Shown in pieces: positions 47,201 through 56,155 of a stretch of DNA of 64,000 bases (position 1 is its first letter; each line of letters starts with the position of its first letter). The position numbers and the translations under genes were made by a program. Source of the DNA: Macrostomum lignano (lineage: Eukaryota); NCBI GenBank assembly GCA_002269645.1, contig NIVC01002394.1:114523-178522 (forward strand). Reading direction: 5' to 3'. The notes beneath the pieces are model-generated. The model had not been told where the DNA came from and made no database searches. It saw only the letters and a list, made by a program, of their open reading frames with translations.

Positions 47201-49778
47201 CTATTTAATATCTTTCACCAAGCATGCATCAGGGAAGTTGAGGAGAAAAGAACACAATCAGCAAAGGAGAAAGAGCAAATATGTGGAATTGAATGGACAT
47301 ACCTCCCAGGAAGCTCACTCCCACCTCAGCGAAGAAACCAACCAAACTCGGAGACCAAAACCGAACTCATCAGGACAGTTCTATTCGCAGACGACACCAC
47401 TATCCTAGGCAACCGCAAGGAACTCAGCGCGGGCCTAGAGTCGACGAAAGAAATAATGGCAGGATTCGAAGAACAAACGAACGACAAAAAGCAAGAGGTA
47501 ATGATATTCGGAACCAGAGAGGGAGGAAAAGTACGCATGCTAGGATCATGGACGGACACGAAGTACGACACGACCAAGAGATTGCAAAAAGCGGTGAGAA
47601 GCTGGTCGACGATCCGTAGACGTTTCATCAAGTGCAGGTTGAAAAATACCACGCAAGCGAAGGTCGTTGAAGCCTGTATAGAGAGCATCCTGCTATTCCA
47701 CGCGAACATACGCCCATTCCTGAAGTCAGAAACGAAGCAACTACAAAGCTTCATGGACCGGATCTACCGGCAGATATGGAGCAGCAGGAAAATGGAACCA
47801 CTAAGGGAAATGGAGGCAAAAGGAATAAATATGCAGGACATTCGCAATGAACTAGAAGTAACGACAATACAAACAAAGATTGAGAAGAGCCACCTTATCC
47901 GCATCGGACATGTGCTTCGCATGGAGGCGAACCGCCTAACGAAAAAGATGGTTCTCGGATGGTACAAGGGTCTGGAAAAGATAAGGAAAACACGTAAGAG
48001 AAAAGGTAACACCATCGAATATTGGAAACGACTACTACGCCAAGCAGGGATCGAGCCGGAAATGACAGAGAGACTAGCAACCGACCGCCAGAAATGGCGT
48101 AAAATTGTTCAAGAACGCATAAGCCACCTCAAGAGATGGGAACAACAACAAGGAAAGAAGGCAGAAGCAAGGAACATCGAAAGGAACGACAAACAGAAAC
48201 AGGAGAAAACAAGAACATTCATATGTGAATACGCAGACTGCGGAAAGGAGTGCAAAAGCAAAGCAGGCCTGACCATTCACCAAAAGAGGATGCACCGCAA
48301 GATAGAAGAACCAGTAACGTTCAAGTGCGAAAAATGCGAGAAGCAGTTCAGGCAAGAGGCAACGTGGTTAAACCACGTAAAGGTCTGCGGAGGAGATAGA
48401 GAAGTGGGAGGAAACCGCGTAAAATGCGCGAACTGTGCTCGAGAAATATCGAAATCAAACCTAGCGAGACACCGCAAAACCTGTGGTACAACGCGGGAAG
48501 AGACACGGTCCCCGGGAGGTGAGAGGAAGTACCGAGCGAAAACTAAACAATGCGAAGGTTGTCGGCGCACGCTCGCCGCGACGAACATGGCACGCCACCT
48601 ACGCACCTGCAAGGACTGCTGACGAGAGACCCCGAAGACTGCCCATGCCACACACGGCGACAAAAGGGAAGAAGAGGAAGAAGAAGAAGATGATGGTGGA
48701 GGGGATGATGATGACGGTGGTGATCGTGACGGTGATGATGGTGGTGATGGTGATGATGATGATGGTGGTGATGGTGATGATGATATGGTGGGGATGGTGA
48801 TGATGATGGAGGGTGATGATGATGACGGTGGTGATCGTGACGGTGATGATGGTGGTGATGGTGATGATGATGGAGGGTGATGATGATGACGGTGGTGATC
48901 GTGACGGTGATGATGGTGGTGATGGTGATGATGATGATGGTGATGATGGTGGTGATGATGATAATGGTGATAATAGTTGCCATTAAAGATGATGAAGTTA
49001 CAAAATGCTGAACAATAAAAAGTAGAGAGATCTAATGCAAGTACCAAACTAAGACCAAGTACAGCAGTGAACTGTAGCTCACGTGGCACAGATTAACAGT
49101 CCGACAGTCGTACATAGTCCGACACTGCCAGCCGCAGTACATCACGGACAGCAGGGCTACAATCGAGGCCAGCACTGCGCAGAATTGAAAAGCGGACAGA
49201 TTGGCCAAATCGGCAGAGGCCCAGTTAGCCAATGGCACGGCCAGACAAGCGGCCATGTAGGGCACCTGGGCTAGCCAGAGCTGGGACAGGCGGGTGGCAG
49301 TCTGGCTAGACATCTCAATAAGCAGTGAGGCGTGAGCAAATCGAACGCATTTATCAACCAGCTGGAACATCAGGTCAGTCAGCACCAGCTGCAGGCCGAT
49401 GTTAACAGCCGGCAGCCAGCGGAACCAATGCAAGCTGAACGCCAAGGCGTACACTGGTGCCGCGTACAGCAGCCACTTGCGACGGTCCGTCAGCCGGCTG
49501 TCCTGAACATGCGACACGGCCAAACTGATCAGTGTGCTCCACAGCATAGCAACCAACTGGGACGCCTGGAACCAGTTCTCGCTAAGCAGGAACACCGTCA
49601 GGTACACTTTGGCGCGGAAGAAATCTAATAGACCGGACACTAGCGACAGGCCAAGATTGCCGCTGGCGTAGGCCACGGTCTGGCGGGACACCTGCGGCCC
49701 GGCCGAGGCTGGCGTTGCTGACGCTGCTGCGGCTTGTTGCTGCGGAATGCCAACGGCTGCTTCTGTTACAGTAGTGTA
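44201..49778 (-). CDS. MFSD13A: MFSD13A/TMEM180-like major facilitator superfamily membrane protein, 3 exons found; start codon not found
   Basis: Exons 49778(or 49762)-49083, 46054(or 46048)-45563 and 44557-44201, joined in phase 0. Motifs resemble MFSD13A (F..FH..F...FLP..++L; NCNLQ|SLAVVEVADRD; IPLITGLCELALW). Confidence 0.75.
44605..45535. repeat. ~22-bp tandem repeat filling MFSD13A intron 2
   Basis: Unit AGTTTACAGCTAGTTCCGCTTT. Confidence 0.95.
46440..48980 (+). mobile_element. 5'-truncated non-LTR retrotransposon (RTE-like), antisense in MFSD13A intron 1, with a GAT/GGT microsatellite tail
   Basis: RT frame open from 46541 to 48622 (PGEDEV..GLIIPLFKKGDR..NNYRGV..FLLDLRKAYPRV..GLREGCPTSPVLFNI..LFADD), with a frameshift near 46560. 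No endonuclease domain. Tail at 48660-48960. Confidence 0.9.
46541..48622 (+). CDS. Reverse transcriptase with four C-terminal zinc-finger-like motifs (partial ORF2)
   Basis: RT motifs as above, then CxxxxC..HxxxxH, CxxC..H...C, CxxC..H...C and CxxC..H...C. Confidence 0.85.
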   Translation, partial: HERKYVNPGNPGEDEVRLRYLKEGPEEVREAVRERIRYLYEHRAWHWEASEKVGLIIPLFKKGDRTDLNNYRGVCLLPMLSRILARIIALRLRDWAERVGALDDNQNGFRANRSTADSTQIIIRIQEDITEYRQAKNAVGDCNLEEDQLAFLLDLRKAYPRVSKPILWGILQKYALPEKVIDKLKDLHEYTEYKVKGKKQSSESWLPERGLREGCPTSPVLFNIFHQACIREVEEKRTQSAKEKEQICGIEWTYLPGSSLPPQRRNQPNSETKTELIRTVLFADDTTILGNRKELSAGLESTKEIMAGFEEQTNDKKQEVMIFGTREGGKVRMLGSWTDTKYDTTKRLQKAVRSWSTIRRRFIKCRLKNTTQAKVVEACIESILLFHANIRPFLKSETKQLQSFMDRIYRQIWSSRKMEPLREMEAKGINMQDIRNELEVTTIQTKIEKSHLIRIGHVLRMEANRLTKKMVLGWYKGLEKIRKTRKRKGNTIEYWKRLLRQAGIEPEMTERLATDRQKWRKIVQERISHLKRWEQQQGKKAEARNIERNDKQKQEKTRTFICEYADCGKECKSKAGLTIHQKRMHRKIEEPVTFKCEKCEKQFRQEATWLNHVKVCGGDREVGGNRVKCANCAREISKSNLARHRKTCGTTREETRSPGGERKYRAKTKQCEGCRRTLAATNMARHLRTCKDC

Positions 49779-49819
49779 CTGATGGGATAGGGAGTCGGGA
49801 CTGGGTCAGGGGGGTTCTT

Positions 49820-51830
49820 AGTGTGTCAGGAGTAATTCCTAATGGATAAGGAGTGATTCTTAGTGGGTGAGGAGTGATTCTTAGTGGGTCAGAAGTGATT
49901 CTTAGTGGGTCAGGAATGATTCTTAGTGGGTCAGGAGTGATTGTCAATGGGCCAGGAGTGGTTCTTGATAGGTCAGGAGTAATTCTCAATGGGTCAGGAG
50001 TAATTCTTAATGGGTCAGGAGTAATTCTTAATGGGTCAGGAGTAATTCTTAATGGGTCAGGAGTGATTGTCAATGGGCCAGGAGTGATTGTCAATGGGCC
50101 AGGAGTGATTCTTGATAATAGGTCAGGAGTGATTCTTGATAGGTCAGGAGTAATTCTCAATGGGTCAGGAGTAATTCTCAATGGGCCAGGAGTGATTGTC
50201 AATGGGTCAGGAGTAATTCTCAATGGGTCAGGAGTGATTGTCAATGGGTCAGGAGTGATTGTCAATGGGTCAGGAGTGATTGTCAATGGGCCAGGAGTGA
50301 TTCTTGATAGGTCAGGAGTAATTCTCAATGGGTCAGGAGTAATTCTTGATAGGTCAGGAGTGATTCTTGATTCTTGAATTCTTGATTCTTAATTCTTGAA
50401 AAGGCGTGTTTTTCAATGAGTCAGGAGTAATTCTTAATGGGTCAGGAGTGATTGTCAATGGGCCAGGAGTGATTGTCAATGGGTCAGGAGTGATTGTCAA
50501 TGGGCCAGGAGTGATTGTCAATGGGTCAGGAGTGATTGTCAATGGGCCAGGAGTGATTGTCAATGGGCCAGGAGTGATTGTCAATGGGCCAGGAGTGATT
50601 GTCAATGGGCCAGGAGTGATTCTTGATAGGTCAGGAGTAATTCTCAATGGGTCAGGAGTGATTGTCAATGGGTCAGGAGTGATTGTCAATGGGTCAGGAG
50701 TGATTGTCAATGGGCCAGGAGTGATTCTTGATAATAGGTCAGGAGTGATTCTTGATAGGCCAGGAGTGATTCTTGATAGGTCAGGAGTGATTCTTGATAG
50801 GTCAGGAGTGATTCTTGATAGGTCAGGAGTGATTCTTGATAGGTCAGGAGTAATTCTCAATGGGTCAGGAGTAATTCTCAATGGGTCAGGAGTGATTCTC
50901 AATGGGTCAGGAGTAATTCTCAATGGGTCAGGAGTAATTCTTAATGGGTCAGGAGTAATTCTCAATGGGTCAGGAGTGATTGTCAATGGGTCAGGAGTGA
51001 TTGTCAATGGGTCAGGAGTGATTGTCAATGGGCCAGGAGTGATTCTTGATAGGTCAGGAGTAATTCTCAATGGGTCAGGAGTAATTCTTGATAGGTCAGG
51101 AGTGATTCTTGATTCTTGAATTCTTGATTCTTAATTCTTGAAAAGGCGTGTTTTTCAATGAGTCAGGAGTAATTCTTAATGGGTCAGGAGTGATTGTCAA
51201 TGGGCCAGGAGTGATTGTCAATGGGTCAGGGGTGATTGTCAATGGGCCAGGAGTGATTGTCAATGGGTCAGGAGTGATTGTCAATGGGCCAGGAGTGATT
51301 GTCAATGGGCCAGGAGTGATTGTCAATGGGCCAGGAGTGATTGTCAATGGGCCAGGAGTGATTGTCAATGGGCCAGGAGTGATTCTTGATAGGTCAGGAG
51401 TAATTCTCAATGGGTCAGGAGTGATTGTCAATGGGTCAGGAGTGATTGTCAATGGGTCAGGAGTGATTGTCAATGGGCCAGGAGTGATTCTTGATAATAG
51501 GTCAGGAGTGATTCTTGATAGGCCAGGAGTGATTCTTGATAGGTCAGGAGTGATTCTTGATAGGTCAGGAGTGATTCTTGATAGGTCAGGAGTGATTCTT
51601 GATAGGTCAGGAGTAATTCTCAATGGGTCAGGAGTAATTCTCAATGGGTCAGGAGTGATTCTCAATGGGTCAGGAGTAATTCTCAATGGGTCAGGAGTAA
51701 TTCTTAATGGGTCAGGAGTGATTCTTGATAGGTCAGGAGTGATTCTTGATTCTTGAATTCTTGATTCTTAATTCTTGAAAAGGCGTGTTTTTCAATGAGT
51801 CAGGAGTGATTTTAATGGGTCAGGAGTGAT
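49820..51830. repeat. 21-bp tandem repeat, ~2 kb, with higher-order blocks
   Basis: Unit GGTCAGGAGTGATTGTCAATG. The marker TTCTTGAAAAGGCGTG recurs at ~50393, 51135 and 51772. Confidence 0.95.
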
Positions 51831-52486
51831 TCTTAAAAAGTCACGAGGCGATTCTCAACATGTCAAAGGGCAATTCTAAATAAGTCAGGGATGATTCTTA
51901 TAATGGATCTAAAGCAAGAAAGAATAGCAGAAAAGCTGCGAAGACAAATAAAATAGAATGGCATTGACACGCTTGACAATTGATGCATGAACTATGCATG
52001 TATTTGAATGTCAATGGGGTGCGTGGGTGAGGGGGTTGATAATGATCCGCCCAGATCGAAATAGTTTTCATACTAGATTTGTATAAATTTGTATCTATAT
52101 TGAAGTTAAAGTGCAATTATTATTATTATATAACCAAACTATTTTGAAGGCAAACACAGATAAGGTAGAATGAAATTAGTTGAACATTATTTTTCATAGC
52201 TCCTTGAATAATAATAGTTATTAAATAAACACAGTTGAAGACAGTATGGACGGGTTTCCTGAGGTGTGCAGACTGGGGCCAGTATCTGGGTATTATACTT
52301 GTGTATGGGAATATAGCCACAAGAAGACACACTGCCGCGGGCAAGGAAAACTTGATGGATTACACTGCTGCTCGGATTTGCAAGGCAGGTTAAATGTGAG
52401 CAAGAAAAGTGCATATATATGTAATAAATGAGCCAAGAGAGGGGGGAACGTACAGAGACAATGCAATCAAAAGGCAGTTATTAACA

Positions 52487-52492
52487 TTTATT
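52487..52492 (-). terminator. Candidate poly(A) signal of WAC
   Basis: TTTATT on +, ~230 nt past the stop. Confidence 0.45.
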
Positions 52493-52717
52493 ATCAAACC
52501 CGAAACCCTTGCCAAATTAGACTGGATAACCAAAAAATACACACAAAAACACGCCCATTGGCTACTGAATAAGTAGCAGTCAGTAAGTAGCCTATAAGTA
52601 GTATAGCAAGTACCAGTATGTACACGATTGGGAAGTACAATAAAACTCCTTCACAGACAGGCAGACAGGGGTAAATATATATTTATAGATAGATTAGATC
52701 GGCAACTTCTGGCTAGG

Positions 52718-54196
52718 CTAGCTATCGCAATTCGTTAGCAACAGGCTGGCACCACCGCTGCCGTCTGATGCCGCTGTAGCAGCAACAGCCGCAGCAGCCG
52801 CAGCAGCCGGCGTCGCATTCGCTGTCGAGGCCGACGGGAAACTACTGGAAGAGTCTGGCAATGCCACGCAGTCCGGGTGGTGTTGCAACAATCTTTGCTG
52901 CTGCTGAGACTGATGCGTACTAGAAGGAGTCTGCGGCTGCTGCATCAGGTGCAAGCTAAGCCGGCGCTGGTTCTGCACAGTCGCCTTGACCTCGGCTATG
53001 CGGACTAGGGAGCGGAGCTTCTTCAACTGGGCGCTGAGATCGCAGCAGAGCACGCCGCTAAGCCGATTGTAGACTGCGGCGCAGTGGGCTGCCTGGTCCA
53101 GCATTCGCTGGGCCTGCCGATCGTCGAATTTGCCAACAAATCGATGATCAACAAAGGCCAGCAGATCTGGCGAGTCCAGCCTGGCGTGGGCCAGGTCCTC
53201 CGGCTCCGGACTGCGCAGATACTCGCGGCCAGGCCGCGGCGGCTCGGCTGGCGGATGTTGCTGAGTCGGAGGCGCTGCTCCTGTCTGCTGCTGTTGAACC
53301 TCCGTCATTGGCGGAGATGCCTCCTTCACGGTGGAGGAAGCCGCCGCGTTTGCTGCTGCCGCAGTCGCCGAAGAAGACGATGCCGACGATGCCGACGAAG
53401 CCGCCGACGATCGAACTGGAGCGACTGGGGCTGCCGACTCCTTCGACTGCGGCTGCTGCGTCGGCGGCTGTCGCGACGATGATGCGCCTTCGCTGAGCCG
53501 CTGCTGCTCCTCCGATGCCTTCCGTTTGAGAGTCTTGGGCGTCCGGCTGGCCGGCTCGTGGCGCGGACTGATGTCCATGTCGTCGGATGCCTGCGGGTTC
53601 TGCTGCTGCTGTTGCTGCACGCCTGAGGATCCGTGATGCCCACGGCTAGGCGGCATCAGCGAAGAGGCGGCCGAGAAGCCTTCTTGTCGAGCGTCTAGAG
53701 TGATGCGAGTCTCTTTGATGCGCTGCAATAGGCGACTGTCGCCAACGCTTGATTGGCGCTGCTGAGGCGCAGTCTGGTGCTGACTGCGGTGCTGCTGCTG
53801 CTCCTTGTGGTGCTGGTTAGCCTGGTCATTCCGACTGCGCCGCACGGGCGGCCGCCGCTCCTGTTTTAGCAGGGCCTGCTGCTGCCGCTGCCTGATAATG
53901 TGCTGCAGCTCCTCCTGGCTGAGATCCGGGAGGCTCCACTCGGCCGGTTTCACCCACTGCGAAGTTTCCGTCCGGCAATTGTAGTAATACAGCCGATTTT
54001 TTGAGCTCAACTGCTCAGACCAGTTGTTTTGAATTCGCACGGCGCTGCTGCGCCACTCTGTCTTGCCTTCGCCGCCGCCGCCGCTGCTGCCACCGGCATG
54101 CCCGCCGCTGCCGCCGCGACTGCTGGCGCTGTTGCTGTTGTTGTTGCCGTCGGCCGCGTTGCCGTTCGGACGGCTGCAACCGCTGGTCTCTGGCAT
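52718..54196 (-). CDS. WAC: WW domain-containing adapter with coiled-coil, single coding exon, 492 aa
   Basis: WW domain WSEQLSSKNRLYYYNCRTETSQWVKPAEW and C-terminal LKKLRSLVRIAEVKATVQNQR, both matching WAC. Acceptor TTTCAG at 54207-54206, 9 nt before the ATG, with an in-frame TGA directly before the ATG. Confidence 0.9.
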   Translation of the reverse strand: MPETSGCSRPNGNAADGNNNSNSASSRGGSGGHAGGSSGGGGEGKTEWRSSAVRIQNNWSEQLSSKNRLYYYNCRTETSQWVKPAEWSLPDLSQEELQHIIRQRQQQALLKQERRPPVRRSRNDQANQHHKEQQQHRSQHQTAPQQRQSSVGDSRLLQRIKETRITLDARQEGFSAASSLMPPSRGHHGSSGVQQQQQQNPQASDDMDISPRHEPASRTPKTLKRKASEEQQRLSEGASSSRQPPTQQPQSKESAAPVAPVRSSAASSASSASSSSATAAAANAAASSTVKEASPPMTEVQQQQTGAAPPTQQHPPAEPPRPGREYLRSPEPEDLAHARLDSPDLLAFVDHRFVGKFDDRQAQRMLDQAAHCAAVYNRLSGVLCCDLSAQLKKLRSLVRIAEVKATVQNQRRLSLHLMQQPQTPSSTHQSQQQQRLLQHHPDCVALPDSSSSFPSASTANATPAAAAAAAVAATAASDGSGGASLLLTNCDS

Positions 54197-54274
54197 TCAA
54201 TAGGCCTGAAATTGCGGAAAGTCTGCTACTAGAAGAAAATAGAGTCTACTAAAACGGCTTACTATAAAAAAGGC

Positions 54275-54545
54275 AATGGCTGGTACTAGAAGAGGGCAAT
54301 GGCTGGTAGTAGAAGAGGGCAATGGCTGCTACTAGAAGAGGGCAATGGCTGCTACTAGAAGAGGGCAATAGCTGCTACTAGAAGAGGGCAATGGCTGGTA
54401 CTAGAAGAGGGCAATGGCTGCTACTAGAAGAGGGCGATGGCTGGTAGTAGAAGAGGGCAATGGCTGGTAGTAGAAGAGGGCAATGGCTGCTACTAGAAGA
54501 GGGCAATAGCTGGTACTAGAAGAGGGCAATGGCTGCTTCTAGAAG
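54275..54545. repeat. 23-bp tandem repeat
   Basis: Unit AGAAGAGGGCAATGGCTGCTACT. Confidence 0.92.
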
Positions 54546-55416
54546 GCGATGGGTGTTAATAGAAGATGGAAAAGTGCCTTTATTTGTTTTAAAACAATGT
54601 AGAATAATAAGGGAAGACCAAGTAGGCCGAAAATTTGCAACAAATTCAATTAATTAGCAGTTGAATTTTTCTGTAGCAGCTTTTCTTTCAAATTTATTTT
54701 TAACTAAGTTTGGTGCATTCTTTCTTATCAAACAAAGATAAATTAGCAAAAGACGAGAATAGCAAACACTGAATTAGATTTAGTCGGGAATTAGCTATAC
54801 TTTAAAGATTTCATTTGGCCTAAAAAGATTATTAGGGCAAATATGAGTCAAGGAAACACATAAACAAACAGTAATATATATTTATAAATGTACATAAAAA
54901 GATTAGCATATAGTGCCCTAGATCAGTATTAATAACGATATTCATTAGTTTTGAATGCATGTATTTACATTGTAGCGCTGACAGTAGGATCAATAGAGTA
55001 GGTAAATTTCAATTAATTAAAGAAATTTTAATAGGTATATAATTGCAGCAAATTTATGTCAGCTACTACTTAGATTTACGTTATTAAGTAATAAACAAGA
55101 GAAAATAAGCAATAAAATAAGCAACATCTTGAAAAACAATTAGGACTGCAAGGGAACAAACAAATCAATTTAACAGAAGGTAAGCGGCAATTATTTATCA
55201 GCTTGACATCCATAAACATTTACCAGTAAGTTTTTTGAGACGACTTGCTTTTGTACTTTTGTAACTAAGGGAATTGAACATATGGTATTAATGACTGAAA
55301 ATTAAATAAATAAATACTATTTAGCCACTAATAATATCCCAACCTTAAGTGAAAGCTGTTTATTCTGAAAATTTCAAGCGTTTTGCATATTTCATTTTTA
55401 TAGTATAAGAACTTGC

Positions 55417-55860
55417 GGGCTGGGTGCCGATCTGCCGGAACTGGCAGGTTGGACTCGGGCTGGGTGCCGATCTGCCGGAACTGGCAGGTTGGACTCGGGC
55501 TGGGTGCCGATCTGCCGGAACTGGCAGGTTGGACTCGGGCTGGGTGCCGATCTGCCGGAACTGGCAGGTTGGACTCGGGCTGGGTGCCGATCTGCCGGAA
55601 CTGGCAGGTTGGACTCGGGCTGGGTGCCGATCTGCCGGAACTGGCAGGTTGGACTCGGGCTGGGTGCCGATCTGCTGGCAGGTTGGACTCGGGCTGGGTG
55701 CCGATCTGCTGGCAGGTTGGACTCGGGCTGGGTGCCGATCTGCTGGCAGGTTGGACTCGGGCTGGGTGCCGATCTGCCGGAACTGGCAGGTTGGACTCGG
55801 GCTGGGTGCCGATCTGCTGGCGGGTTGGACTCGGGCTGGGTGCCGATCTGCTGGCAGGTC
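55417..55860. repeat. 40-bp tandem repeat with 33-bp deletion variants
   Basis: Unit GGGCTGGGTGCCGATCTGCCGGAACTGGCAGGTTGGACTC. Confidence 0.95.
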
Positions 55861-56155
55861 TCTCGGACAAATAACAACATGCGAGATGTCGCTAACAAAA
55901 CTGCTGTCGTATTAGCGACGGAATTAAAAGCTAATGCTGTGCAGGATATTACTTGTAGTCTTAGTAGTTGGCTGAGGTCTAACTTGAGGAGTCGAGGTTA
56001 ACTACACACACCAGCAGGCGCGAATGAAAATTGGTTTCTCAACTCTTGAAAATTGCTGATGAAGAAAGAAAATAGGTAATCCGACGCGTATAGCAGGGCA
56101 AATTCCTGATCACTTCAAACCGCGCACTCTCTGCTCCCTTCCCTCTCTCTCTCAC

